Positions 19,764-29,348 of a stretch of 64,000 nucleotides of DNA are shown one piece after another. Positions within the stretch are counted from its first letter, which is position 1. The number at the start of each line of letters is the position of its first letter. This DNA comes from an uncultured Phycisphaerae bacterium (GTDB taxonomy: Bacteria > Planctomycetota > Phycisphaerae > UBA1845 > PWPN01), in assembly GCA_938005315.1 (NCBI GenBank), contig CALLOB010000005.1:19413-83412 (forward strand). Reading direction: 5' to 3'. Under the pieces are notes generated by a model. That model saw only the letters and a program-made list of their open reading frames with translations, ran no database searches and was not told the origin of the DNA. Position numbers and translations under genes: made by a program.

Positions 19764-20296
19764 CCAGGAATCCCGGGAGACGGCAGACGTTCAGGAGCGT
19801 CCGGAGGGTCAGGCCCCCGCTGGTGCTGCTGGCGGTCGCGTTGCTGCCGGCGGCCTGTGGTTATTCGGACGAACCGCTGCACCGCACCTCGGTGCGGAGC
19901 GTCTACGTGGAGATGTTTCAGTCCAGGGAGTTCCGCCGGGGGATCGAGTTCCAGCTCACCGAGGCGATCCGCAAGCAGATCGACCGGGCCACTCCGTACA
20001 AGAGCGCCCCCCGTGAAAGAGCCGATACCATCCTCAGCGGCGAGGTGCTGGAGTGGCGTGAGGACACGATCGGCCGCGATTTCATCACCGACCGCCCCCG
20101 GGAGACGGCAGCCAGCCTGGCGGTCCGTTTCCGGTGGCAGGACATGCGCACGGGCAGGATCCTCGCCGAGCAGGACCGCCTCGTGACCACGGTGCAGTAC
20201 GTCCGGCTGGCCGGCGAGGACACGTACAACGCCCGGGACGAGGCCACCGCGAAACTCGCCCGCCGGCTGGTGGAGGCGATGGAAACGGCCTGGTAA
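19760..20296 (+). CDS. lptE: LptE-like lipoprotein
   Basis: The ATG overlaps the bamD-like stop (ATGA at 19760-19763). The lipobox is LLPAACG. The ~160-aa mature part has an LptE-like pattern ([11 protein letters not shown]...LTEAIRKQI...ADTILSGEV...LAVRFRWQD). I assigned it by pattern memory, not by search. Confidence 0.45.
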   Translation: MTRNPGRRQTFRSVRRVRPPLVLLAVALLPAACGYSDEPLHRTSVRSVYVEMFQSREFRRGIEFQLTEAIRKQIDRATPYKSAPRERADTILSGEVLEWREDTIGRDFITDRPRETAASLAVRFRWQDMRTGRILAEQDRLVTTVQYVRLAGEDTYNARDEATAKLARRLVEAMETAW

Positions 20297-20405
20297 ACCA
20301 GCTACCATGGCACATGGGCTGCCGAGCCCATGAGGCCGCGCGGGTGTTGGGGGCATCCGGCGGCCGCAGCGCCGGGTGACCCGCCGGAACCGTGGAATTT
20401 CGGAC

Positions 20406-22421
20406 ATGCAGGGCAATCGTGACAATCCGCAGGGTGGCAGCCGCCCGTCCGGGCCGCCGGGGCAGTTCCGCGGCGTGACCCTGTGGGCGGTGTTCATCCT
20501 GGTTTCGCTGGTTCTGGTCACGGTGATCGCGGACCGGATGGGCAGCCGGGCGCGGCTGTCGATGGACGAGTTCAAGCGCGAGCTGGAGAACAACAACGTC
20601 GAGGAGCTGACCATCCAGACGGACCGGATGATCGGCCGGCTGAGGGAGGTCCAGGGCAAGGGGCAGTCGCGGGAGTTCGAGGTCGAGTGGCCGCCCGGCG
20701 CGATGGACTCGGCCTTCACCGAATACCTGCTGCAGCACTGCCGTGGGCGGGTGCGCACGGACAACAACAGCGGCGTCCTGCTGCAGATCCTGGGCCAGCT
20801 GGTGCCGTGGGTTCTGGTCCTGGCGATCGTCTGGTTCTTTCTGTTCCGCCAGCTGCGCGGCTTCGGCGGAGGTCCCGGAGGGATGCTGGGCAGCTTCGGG
20901 CGCTCGCGACACCGCGTGACCACGCGTGAGCACACCCACATCACCTTCGCCGACGTCGCGGGCATCGACGAGGCCAAGGAAGAGGTCACCGAGATCATCG
21001 AGTTTTTGAAGAATCCCAAGCGCTTCCAGCGTCTGGGCGGGCGCATCCCCCGTGGGGTGCTCCTGGTCGGCGAGCCGGGCTGCGGCAAGACCCTGCTGGC
21101 CAAGGCGATCGCCGGAGAGGCCGACGTCCCGTTCTTCAGTATCTCCGGCAGCGATTTCGTGGAAATGTTCGTGGGCGTGGGCGCCTCGCGGGTCCGCGAT
21201 CTTTTCAAGCAGGCTAAGGACAATGCCCCCTGCATCATATTCCTGGACGAGATCGACGCCGTCGGCCGGCGGCGGGGCGCCGGGTTCTCCAGCGGCGGGC
21301 ACGACGAGCGTGAGCAGACCCTGAACGCCATCCTGGTGGAGATGGACGGGTTCGATTCCTCTGACCAGGTGATCGTGATCGCGGCCACCAACCGGGCCGA
21401 CGTGCTCGATCCGGCGCTGATCCGCCCGGGGCGCTTCGACCGGCAGGTCTACGTGCCCCTGCCGGACGTCAAGGGGCGGCTGGAGATCCTCAAAGTCCAC
21501 GCCCGCAAGATCAAGATGGGCACCGACGTGGACCTCAGCCGGCTGGCCCGCGGCACACCGCTGTTCAGCGGGGCCGACCTGGCGGCGATCATCAACGAAG
21601 CGGCGCTGCTGGCCACGATGGCCAACAAGGACTTCGTGGAGATGGCCGACCTGGAGGAGGCCCGGGACAAGGTACGATGGGGCCGGGCCAAGAAGAGCCG
21701 GGTCATCGACGAAAAGGAGCGCGTCGCGACCGCCTGGCACGAGGCCGGCCACGCCCTGACGCAGTGCCTGCTGCCGCACGCGGACCCGTTGCACAAGGTC
21801 AGCATCATCCCCCGCGGCCCGTACCTAGGGGCATCCTTCTCGCTGCCGGAGAAGGACCGCACCAGCTACTCCAGCCGATGGATCCAGGCCACCCTGCGGA
21901 TTCTTTGCGCCGGGCGGATCGCCGAGGAGATGGCCTGCGGCGAGGTGAACACCGGGGCCTCGGCCGACATCCGTCAGGTCACCGACATGGCCCGCAAGAT
22001 GGTGACTGAGTGGGGCATGAGCGAGCGCGTCGGGTTCCTCTATTTCGGAACCGATCCCCAGAGGCAGTCCATGTGGGGCGACCTACCCGGCGGGCACGAC
22101 TACTCGCCGGAGACGGCCCGGCTCATCGACGAGGAGGTCCGCGGCATTGTGGACGCAGCGGTCGGCGACGCCCGCCGCCTGCTGACCGAGAACCGCGACA
22201 AGCTCGAGCGCATCGCCCATGCCCTGCTGAAGTACGAGACGCTGGACGCCTCGGAGGTCAAGCGGCTCATCGCTGGCGAGCCGCTGGACCGGCCCACCCT
22301 CGACGACCTGCTGGACGCGGCCGACGGCCAGCGGGGCCCGACGGCCGTCCCGACCGCGCGCAAGATCGATGCCCCTGCCGAACCGGACTTCGGAGCCGGC
22401 CCCCTGCCTCAGCCCGGCTGA
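20406..22421 (+). CDS. ftsH: ATP-dependent zinc metalloprotease FtsH
   Basis: Has two N-terminal TM segments. Walker A is GEPGCGKT and Walker B is IIFLDEID. The SRH region is present, as is the zinc motif HEAGHAL. Confidence 0.9.
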   Translation: MQGNRDNPQGGSRPSGPPGQFRGVTLWAVFILVSLVLVTVIADRMGSRARLSMDEFKRELENNNVEELTIQTDRMIGRLREVQGKGQSREFEVEWPPGAMDSAFTEYLLQHCRGRVRTDNNSGVLLQILGQLVPWVLVLAIVWFFLFRQLRGFGGGPGGMLGSFGRSRHRVTTREHTHITFADVAGIDEAKEEVTEIIEFLKNPKRFQRLGGRIPRGVLLVGEPGCGKTLLAKAIAGEADVPFFSISGSDFVEMFVGVGASRVRDLFKQAKDNAPCIIFLDEIDAVGRRRGAGFSSGGHDEREQTLNAILVEMDGFDSSDQVIVIAATNRADVLDPALIRPGRFDRQVYVPLPDVKGRLEILKVHARKIKMGTDVDLSRLARGTPLFSGADLAAIINEAALLATMANKDFVEMADLEEARDKVRWGRAKKSRVIDEKERVATAWHEAGHALTQCLLPHADPLHKVSIIPRGPYLGASFSLPEKDRTSYSSRWIQATLRILCAGRIAEEMACGEVNTGASADIRQVTDMARKMVTEWGMSERVGFLYFGTDPQRQSMWGDLPGGHDYSPETARLIDEEVRGIVDAAVGDARRLLTENRDKLERIAHALLKYETLDASEVKRLIAGEPLDRPTLDDLLDAADGQRGPTAVPTARKIDAPAEPDFGAGPLPQPG

Positions 22422-22445
22422 TTCACTCCCGGCGAACCGAGCCGT

Positions 22446-23087
22446 TCACCCGGGGCCCCCGGCCGACAAGGCTTCAAGCCGGCGACCCGCTTCCAGCAGC
22501 TCTCTCAGCAATCGCTCCGGCGTTTCCGGACGACCGTCCGCCGGAGCGGTCACGGCCAGCACCCGTCCGCAGGCCTCCCATTCCGCCCCCGGCGGCGACC
22601 GCTCCAGCAGTTCGCGAATCGCCGGGTCGGAGAGCCTCCGGAGCGTTTCGGCGTGGTCGGCGGTCAGCACCGGCCCGCCACCGGCGTCGTCCGGCGGCGC
22701 GGTACTCCAGATGTCCGGCTTCCCCAGCCGCCAGGGTCTGTGCGGCCGGGCGCTCTCCAGCACCGCGACCCAGGCCTGCCGCGTGGTCCGACCGGCGCCG
22801 AAGCCCAGGTCGTAGCTGTACCGGAACAGGGCGACCAGCCCGACCTCCGTCGAGCCGTAGAGCACATTGCGGGCATGCCGCTGATGACCCCGGCGGATGA
22901 GCCGGAGGCTGTTGTAACGGCCGTGCACGCCGATGAGATCGGCACCCGCGAAATTCAGCCGCATGCCGCGGGCCAGGCGGCGGAGGGTCGCGGCCTCCCG
23001 GCGACCGCGGAAGGCTGCGGCGCCGGACACGGCGGCGAGGGCGATGAGCACCAGCAGCAGCCACAGCGGCGACATCGGCGCGGGCAC
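22446..23087 (-). CDS. Hypothetical N-terminally membrane-anchored protein
   Basis: ORF track, 213 aa. The TM segment is PLWLLLVLIALAAVSGAAAF. It lies 1 nt downstream of the preceding minus-strand gene. I recognise no family. Confidence 0.5.
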   Translation of the reverse strand: MPAPMSPLWLLLVLIALAAVSGAAAFRGRREAATLRRLARGMRLNFAGADLIGVHGRYNSLRLIRRGHQRHARNVLYGSTEVGLVALFRYSYDLGFGAGRTTRQAWVAVLESARPHRPWRLGKPDIWSTAPPDDAGGGPVLTADHAETLRRLSDPAIRELLERSPPGAEWEACGRVLAVTAPADGRPETPERLLRELLEAGRRLEALSAGGPG

Positions 23088-23088
23088 C

Positions 23089-24264
23089 TCAGGGTGCCGG
23101 CATGGTCCCGGCCGGCTGCGTCGCGGGCAGGCGACCGATCCCGGTGCCGGCCGGCGGCGGCTCGGGGGCGTCCGGCAGGGCCACGCCGGTACGGATCGGG
23201 AATCGGTTCAGGGCATCGATCCACGCCAACGTCTGCTGGTACTTGAGATCGTCGAAGCCCTTGGGGAACATCGGCTCGATTCTGACCGGGTGTCGCGTGC
23301 CGGCGGCCTGCGCCGGCAGACCGTATTCCAGCAGCAGGCTGGCCGGCGGGTTGTCGCGGTCGATGAGCTTGCGGTTCCCGGAGGACGCCCGGCTGAGCAC
23401 CAGGAAGTTGGTGTACATCGCCGCGGCCGCACCGGCCGAGCCCCGGCCCGACGGGGCGCTGCGGAGGCGAAAGGCCGGGGCCACGGGGGCTCCGTGGCAC
23501 TCGGCGTTGCCGCAGTTTCTCATGATCATCGGGTGCAACGACTTGAACTCGGCGAAGACCCAAGGATCCCCGGCGATCTCGATGCGGGAGGCGAAACGGT
23601 CGCCGGTGTGATAGCGGATCTGCTGCAGCTGCTGAACGGCCGGAAGATCCATGAAGCGCCGGCGGTCCTCGACGCTGGCAAAACCCGGACGGCCGGCCAC
23701 GACCTCCAGGAACTCCTGCAGCACCCCGGGTTCGAAACGGACGCGGCAGGACTCGCGCGGCGGCCCGGAAAACTCGCCCCGCCGCGACGAACGGCCGGAC
23801 CCGCGCCGCGGGCCGGAAGGCTGAGCGGATTCGAGCAATTCCGCGAAACGCAGCCGCTGGATCTGGGCGTCGGTGAGGAACTCCCCGGGGACGGCGGTCG
23901 GATCGGCGGCCTGACGCTTCCGCTCGGCGTACTCGAGCAGCCGGGCGGCGTCGACGTGGTTCCTGTCGAGCTTCAGGACGTAAAGCGCCTGGCGGCGCAG
24001 CAGACGGTAGTCCTGCTGGAGCTCGCACCATTCGGCCAGCTGGTAGTGCCCTTCGATATCGAGGGGATCCAGGGCCTGGAATCGCCGACGATACTCCGCG
24101 TTGATGTCCACGGACGGCCGGGATGCCGCATCTTCATCCGGAACGGGAGCCTGGGCCTCGGCGAGGCCGGCCACTGCCAGAAAAATGGCCAGGGCCGCCG
24201 GCCGGCGGTGGACACTGAACGCTCGGGCTGACAAGGCAGGAAAAAACGGCATGATGGGGCCCAT
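23089..24264 (-). CDS. Hypothetical secreted protein with a C-x4-CH motif
   Basis: This is the frame of ORF 23089..24882, trimmed to ATG 24264 (MGPIMPFFPALSARAFSVHRRPAALAIFLAVAGLAEA). The motif HPMIMRNCGNAECHG recalls planctomycete cytochrome-like (PSCyt) domains, but it is not CxxCH. Confidence 0.55.
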   Translation of the reverse strand: MGPIMPFFPALSARAFSVHRRPAALAIFLAVAGLAEAQAPVPDEDAASRPSVDINAEYRRRFQALDPLDIEGHYQLAEWCELQQDYRLLRRQALYVLKLDRNHVDAARLLEYAERKRQAADPTAVPGEFLTDAQIQRLRFAELLESAQPSGPRRGSGRSSRRGEFSGPPRESCRVRFEPGVLQEFLEVVAGRPGFASVEDRRRFMDLPAVQQLQQIRYHTGDRFASRIEIAGDPWVFAEFKSLHPMIMRNCGNAECHGAPVAPAFRLRSAPSGRGSAGAAAAMYTNFLVLSRASSGNRKLIDRDNPPASLLLEYGLPAQAAGTRHPVRIEPMFPKGFDDLKYQQTLAWIDALNRFPIRTGVALPDAPEPPPAGTGIGRLPATQPAGTMPAP

Positions 24265-24340
24265 GGCGGCCTTCACTCCGGGCGGGACGCCGCCGGCCGG
24301 CACGGGCCGGCCCCGAACGGCGCGTGGATCGACGGTTGTC

Positions 24341-24370
24341 TTGACCCCCGCGTCGGGGCATTCGTAGTAT
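24341..24370 (+). promoter_or_regulatory. Candidate sigma-70-like promoter for the small ORF/galE unit
   Basis: TTGACC-18 nt-TAGTAT lies ~70 nt upstream of ATG 24439. Confidence 0.35.
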
Positions 24371-24438
24371 ACGTGCCCGCGTGGGACGCCCGCCGGCGAG
24401 TATAAAGGCCGTCCGTGCGCGGGGCAAGCAGGGCCGCC

Positions 24439-24720
24439 ATGAGCCAGAACGCCCGCGAATCCGTTGATGCGCTGCTGGGCTGCGAAGTCGTGCTCGACAC
24501 GGACGGACCGATGGTCTATCTCGGCCGGCTGGTGTCCTGCGATTCCGAGGGCTTCTGGCTGGAGGACGCGGACGTGCACAGCACCCGGGAGGGGCACGCG
24601 ACGCGGGAACAGTACATCGCCGAGGCCCGACGCGACGGCATCCGGGTCAATCGCCGGCGGGTGCTGGTGTTCCGCGGCACGGTGACCAGCGTGTCCGCCC
24701 TGCATGACGTGACGGACTGA
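24439..24720 (+). CDS. Small hypothetical protein (possible Sm-like fold)
   Basis: 93 aa from ATG 24439. The pattern LLGCEVVLDTDGPMVYLGRLVSCDSEGFWLEDADVH is LSm-like. It has good GC3 and a promoter-like element upstream. Confidence 0.45.
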   Translation: MSQNARESVDALLGCEVVLDTDGPMVYLGRLVSCDSEGFWLEDADVHSTREGHATREQYIAEARRDGIRVNRRRVLVFRGTVTSVSALHDVTD

Positions 24721-24781
24721 ATGCCGCGGGAACGGCGGTGCGGCCGGTGCCGTGAACCGGCCGCCCCGGGACAGGGGGCAG

Positions 24782-25795
24782 ATGCCGATGCGTGTTTTCG
24801 TGACGGGCGGAGCCGGGTACGTGGGCAGCCACTGCGTGCGCGAACTCTGCGCCCAGGGGCACGACGTGGTGGTCTTCGACAACCTCTCAGAGGGCCACGC
24901 CCAGGCCGTTCACCCCGCGGCCCGCCTGATCGTCGGCGACCTGTCCGACACCGGGGCGCTGGAGCGGGCCCTGTCCGCCGAACCCTTCGACGCGGTCATG
25001 CACTTCGCGGCCTCGGCCTATGTCGGGGTCTCGGTGGACAAGCCGCTGGAGTACTACCGCAACAACGTGGCCAACACCCTCAACCTGCTGGAGCGGATGC
25101 GGGCCCGCGGCATCCGGCGGATGGTGTTCAGCTCCACATGCGCCACCTACGGCACGCCTGCGGAAATCCCGATCCGGGAAACGACCCCCCAGCGGCCGAT
25201 CAACCCCTACGGACGCACCAAGGTCGCGGTGGAGTGGATGCTCCAGGACTCCGCCGTGGCCTGGGGCCTGGGATCGATCGCCCTGCGCTACTTCAACGCC
25301 TGCGGCGCCGCGGCCGACGGCTCGATCGGCGAGGATCACGATCCCGAGACGCATCTCATCCCCCTGGTCCTCCAGGCCGCGACCGGCAGGCGACCCAGCG
25401 TGAACGTGTTCGGCACGGATTACGATACCCCCGACGGAACGTGCATCCGGGACTACATCCATGTGGAGGATCTGGCCGCCGCTCACCGCCTGGCGCTCGA
25501 GGCCGTCCACCCGGGGCAGGCCGAGGCCTTCAACGTCGGCACCGGCCGGGGCCATTCGGTCCGGGAGGTGGTCGAAACGGCCCGCGCGGTCACCGGTCGG
25601 GCGATTCCGGCGGTGGAAAGCCCGCGACGGCCCGGTGACCCCCCCCGCCTGGTCGCCGAGGCCTCCCGGATCCGCGAGCGTCTGGGCTGGGTGCCGGAGT
25701 GGACGGACCTCGCCCGAATCATCGAGTCGGCCTGGCGATGGCATCTGGCCCGTCCCGAGGGTTTCGCCGATCGACCGGCCGGCGCACTGAAGTAA
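24782..25795 (+). CDS. galE: UDP-glucose 4-epimerase
   Basis: Contains MRVFVTGGAGYVGSH (Rossmann) and the YGRTK catalytic Y-x3-K. The length and motifs are GalE-like. The start is ATG 24782 or 24788. Confidence 0.85.
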   Translation: MPMRVFVTGGAGYVGSHCVRELCAQGHDVVVFDNLSEGHAQAVHPAARLIVGDLSDTGALERALSAEPFDAVMHFAASAYVGVSVDKPLEYYRNNVANTLNLLERMRARGIRRMVFSSTCATYGTPAEIPIRETTPQRPINPYGRTKVAVEWMLQDSAVAWGLGSIALRYFNACGAAADGSIGEDHDPETHLIPLVLQAATGRRPSVNVFGTDYDTPDGTCIRDYIHVEDLAAAHRLALEAVHPGQAEAFNVGTGRGHSVREVVETARAVTGRAIPAVESPRRPGDPPRLVAEASRIRERLGWVPEWTDLARIIESAWRWHLARPEGFADRPAGALK

Positions 25796-25827
25796 TCCCT
25801 CAGCGTGGGTCACCGGAGCAGATGTGA

Positions 25828-27702
25828 TTGTCCAGACGTCCGACTGACCAAGGCACAGCCCGAACCGCCGGACGCCGCCGGCCGGTCCCCGCGCGGGCCA
25901 ACGACGCCGCCGGATCCGGGTCCGTGCCGGGCGGCTCGGTCCGGACGGTCGCCGGCGCGGCGGCACTCACGCTGCTGCTGAGCCTGCCGCTGTTTGCGCC
26001 GTGGTCTTTCTGGCCGCTGGCCCATGTCGCTTTCGTGCCCTGGCTGGCGGCCATCGCGGCCTCGCCGCGTGCGGGGCGGGTGTACGCACTGAGCGCCGCC
26101 CTGGGGGCGGCCTTCTTCCTGATCCACTTCAGATGGCTCTACCGCACCACGCCGGAAGGCTACGTGGCCGCGTCTCTGCTGCTGCTGGCCCCGGGCTTCG
26201 TGCTGGGCACGTGGCTCATCCGGCATCTGCGCCGGCATCGGGGCATCCCGCTGGTGCTGAGCTTTCCGCTGGTCTGGGTCGCGGTGGAGTTCCTGCGGGC
26301 CCGCATGCCTCTGGGTTTCCCGTGGTTCCTGCTGGGGCACACTCAGATCCGCCTGCCGGCCATGATCCAGATCGTCGACCTGGCCGGCGTGTACGGCGTG
26401 AGCTTCGTGGTGGCGATGGTGAACGGGCTGATCGCCGAGCTGGTACTGCGGCGAACGGGGCACGGCGCCGGTGCAACCGACGCCGGTCCGCTGCGACGGT
26501 GGGCGGCCGTGGTCGTGGCCGTGGTCGCGGCGGTCAACCTCTACGGCTGGTACCGGCTGGCCCAGACCGACGCCCGGCCCGGTCCTCGAATCGCGGTGCT
26601 CCAGGGCGACTTCGAGCTGCACCCCCGTCCGGTTCGCGGCCGGCGCCCCGCCACCGATGAGCAGAAGCGGGAACTGTACTTCGAGCTGTTTCGCCAGGCC
26701 ACTGCCGGGGCCCCGGACCTGGTGGTTTTCCCGGAAACGCCTTGGTCGATGGTCCTGAACCGCGAGATCCGCGAGATCCACCGCAACCCCGCCCTGCTGG
26801 CGGCCATGAGCGAGGAACGGGCCCGCCAGGCGTTGCTCCTGGGCCTGTCCGGGCAGCGGCATCACGAGCGGTTGCGGGCCCTGGCGGCCGAGTACGGGAC
26901 CGCCATCGTGATCGGCAGTCTGTCCGAGGAACCCCAGCCCGACGGGGTTTACCCGCGGGAGCACCGCTACAACTCCGCCTTCATCTACCGTCCGGACCGC
27001 GACGAGCCCGAGCGCTACGACAAGATCCACCTGGTGCCCTTCGGCGAGGCGATTCCCTTCCGATACAGCCGACGGCTGTTCTGGCTGTACCGTTTTCTCA
27101 ACGACGGCCCCTGGAATCCCTGGGGCGGGAAGGATTTCGAGCACACCCTGACCGCCGGCGACGAGTTCCGCACATTCGCGATTCCCGCGCCCTCGCTGAA
27201 CGGACATGACTACCGCTTCGGGGTGACGATATGCTACGAGGATGTCATTCCCGAGGTGTTCCGTCGCTTCGTGGTCGAGGGATCGGGCCCCAAGCGGGTG
27301 GACTTCATGCTGAACATCAGCAACGACGGCTGGTTCGGTCACGGCAGCCAGCAGGCTCAGCACCTGGTCAACTGCGCCTTCCGGGCGATCGAGAACCGCG
27401 TGGGCATCGCCCGGGCGGTCAACACCGGCGTGAGCGGCTTCGTGGACTCCACCGGGCGCTGGCACGATCTGGTGGTCGAGCCGGGTCGGGGCCCGCACGC
27501 CGGCGGCACCGGTCAGCGCATCGCCCGGGTGGCCGTCGATTCGCGGGTGACGTTGTACAGCCGTTTCGGCGACGTGTTCGCCTGGCTTTGCGGTCTGATG
27601 GCCCAGGCGGCGGGTCTGGACGCCGTCACCCTGCGATGGCAACGGCGGCGTCGTGCCAGCATGGCCGCGCCCGACGTCGCCCGCGAGGGAGAATCGTCGT
27701 GA
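25828..27702 (+). CDS. lnt: Apolipoprotein N-acyltransferase
   Basis: Has a multi-TM N-terminal half and a CN-hydrolase domain (IAVLQGDF, VTICYEDVIPE, LNISNDGWFG, RAIENRVGIARAVNTGVSG). TTG start; the N-terminus is uncertain. Confidence 0.8.
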   Translation: MSRRPTDQGTARTAGRRRPVPARANDAAGSGSVPGGSVRTVAGAAALTLLLSLPLFAPWSFWPLAHVAFVPWLAAIAASPRAGRVYALSAALGAAFFLIHFRWLYRTTPEGYVAASLLLLAPGFVLGTWLIRHLRRHRGIPLVLSFPLVWVAVEFLRARMPLGFPWFLLGHTQIRLPAMIQIVDLAGVYGVSFVVAMVNGLIAELVLRRTGHGAGATDAGPLRRWAAVVVAVVAAVNLYGWYRLAQTDARPGPRIAVLQGDFELHPRPVRGRRPATDEQKRELYFELFRQATAGAPDLVVFPETPWSMVLNREIREIHRNPALLAAMSEERARQALLLGLSGQRHHERLRALAAEYGTAIVIGSLSEEPQPDGVYPREHRYNSAFIYRPDRDEPERYDKIHLVPFGEAIPFRYSRRLFWLYRFLNDGPWNPWGGKDFEHTLTAGDEFRTFAIPAPSLNGHDYRFGVTICYEDVIPEVFRRFVVEGSGPKRVDFMLNISNDGWFGHGSQQAQHLVNCAFRAIENRVGIARAVNTGVSGFVDSTGRWHDLVVEPGRGPHAGGTGQRIARVAVDSRVTLYSRFGDVFAWLCGLMAQAAGLDAVTLRWQRRRRASMAAPDVAREGESS

Positions 27703-28748
27703 CCACGCTCCGCTCCCGGACTCGTCGGTTCCGCTGCACGCCCGCTTGGGCGTTCGCGCTGACCGGCATGCTGGTCGGGTGCGCCGCCACCGGACCGGTT
27801 CCACCCGACGACGTTCTGGCCCGCCAGACCTCAGACCTCATCGGCCGCGCGATCCAGTTCCCGGAGAACCCGCTGATCAGGGTCCAGGGCATTGAGGCCG
27901 CGGCGGAGCTGCGGCTGATTCATCTTCGCCCGGCCATTCTGGCCGCCCTGAGGGACGAATCGCCGGCGGTGCGTTTCGCGGCCTGCGCGGCCCTGGGCGA
28001 ACTGGGCGATGCCAGCAGCAGGGAGGCGATCCGCCCGCTTCTTCAGGACGCCAACCCCAGCGTGCGGCTCGGCGCTTACTACGCCCTGGAACGGCTGGGC
28101 GAGCCCCTCTACCGGCGGCCGTGGGCGGCGGCGCTTCGCGAGGATCCCGACCCGGCGGTCCGCCGCAACGCGGTCCTGCTTCTGGGGCTGCTGAAGGACC
28201 CGCGCGTCCGCCCGCTGCTGATGCGGGCGTCCTCCGAGGACCCCGACGAGGGGGTACGGGTGCAGGCCCTGGAGGGGCTCGCACTGCTGGGCGACGCCGA
28301 GGCCATCGGCCGATGCCGGATGTATGCCTTCGGCGGCGTGGACTACCGCCAGGTGTTCGCCACGCTGGTGCTCGGGCGGGTGGAAGGCGACCAGTGGCTG
28401 GGCGCCCTGCGGGCCCGGCTGACCGGGGCTACGCATCTGGAGACCCGCCTGGCGGCGGCTCGCGGGCTGGGCATGCACGGCCGCGCCGAGGGCTACGATC
28501 TGGCCCTGCAGTCGCTGAGCTTCAACAGTCCCAGGGCCGGCGTGCCGGAGGATCCGCCGGCCAACCAGATCATGCGCGTGCGATCGATGGCGGCGCTGGC
28601 CCTGGGGGAAATCGGCGACCGGCGGGCCCTGGGGCCGCTCTATGCGCTGATGGCCGACCCGGATGATCCGCGGGTGCAGATCGCGGCGGCCCGGGCGATC
28701 CTGATGATTCTTGCCCGCCGGCCGGCGGCCAGCGCCCCGGCCGGCTGA
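27699..28748 (+). CDS. HEAT-repeat lipoprotein
   Basis: The GTG start overlaps the lnt stop (GTGA). The lipobox is LTGMLVGCA. HEAT/PBS-lyase-like repeats recur (DESPAVRFAACAALGELGD, DANPSVRLGAYYALERLG, DPDPAVRRNAVLLLGLL, DPDEGVRVQALEGLALLGD). Confidence 0.7.
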   Translation: MTTLRSRTRRFRCTPAWAFALTGMLVGCAATGPVPPDDVLARQTSDLIGRAIQFPENPLIRVQGIEAAAELRLIHLRPAILAALRDESPAVRFAACAALGELGDASSREAIRPLLQDANPSVRLGAYYALERLGEPLYRRPWAAALREDPDPAVRRNAVLLLGLLKDPRVRPLLMRASSEDPDEGVRVQALEGLALLGDAEAIGRCRMYAFGGVDYRQVFATLVLGRVEGDQWLGALRARLTGATHLETRLAAARGLGMHGRAEGYDLALQSLSFNSPRAGVPEDPPANQIMRVRSMAALALGEIGDRRALGPLYALMADPDDPRVQIAAARAILMILARRPAASAPAG

Positions 28749-28772
28749 GGACGGCCCTCGCCCCGACGACGA

Positions 28773-29348
28773 TCAGGCCGGTCCGGCGAAGTGCGCCTCC
28801 ACGCGTTGACAGATCAGGTGGTAGGCCAGCTGGTGGACTTCCTGCACCCGGTCGCTGGCGTCGTGTTCCACGCAGAGGCAGAGGTCGCAAAGCGGGCGCA
28901 GCCGGCCTCCTGTGCCTCCGGTGAAGCCCAGGACGACGGCCCCGCGCCTTTTGGCCTCGGCGGCCGCCTCCAGGACGTTCACCGAGTTGCCGGAGGTGGA
29001 GAGCACCCACAGCACGTCGCCGGAGCCGACCAGGGCCTCCACCTGCCGGCGGAACACGCCGTCGAAGCCGTAGTCGTTGCCGATGGAGGTCAGCGCGGAG
29101 GTGTCGGTGGTCAGGGCCGTCGCCGGCAGGGCCCGCCGCTCTCGCCGGAACCGCCCCACCAGTTCGGCGGCGATGTGCTGGGCGTCGGCGGCGCTGCCCC
29201 CGTTGCCGGCCAGGTACAGCCGCTGGCCGGCCTCCAGGGCCGTGATGATCGTGGCGGCGAAACGCTCCAGCAGGTCGATCCGCTCCTCGAGCCGCGCTGC
29301 CAGGCGAAGGTGATCGGCGATGCCGGCGCGCCAGGGTGCGTCCATCAT
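28773..29348 (-). CDS. gmhA: D-sedoheptulose-7-phosphate isomerase (SIS domain)
   Basis: Starts MMDAPW. Contains LAGNGGSAADAQHIAAEL, TDTSALTSIGNDYGF and LSTSGNSVNV. It sits directly after the hldE stop. Confidence 0.8.
   Translation of the reverse strand: MMDAPWRAGIADHLRLAARLEERIDLLERFAATIITALEAGQRLYLAGNGGSAADAQHIAAELVGRFRRERRALPATALTTDTSALTSIGNDYGFDGVFRRQVEALVGSGDVLWVLSTSGNSVNVLEAAAEAKRRGAVVLGFTGGTGGRLRPLCDLCLCVEHDASDRVQEVHQLAYHLICQRVEAHFAGPA

Noticed and set aside
23089-24882. The full 597-aa ORF, and a heme-binding cytochrome call for its product.
   Set aside because: The upstream ~200 codons lack protein-like composition and precede a good signal peptide at ATG 24264. The motif is C-x4-CH, not canonical CxxCH, so a cytochrome assignment is unsupported.
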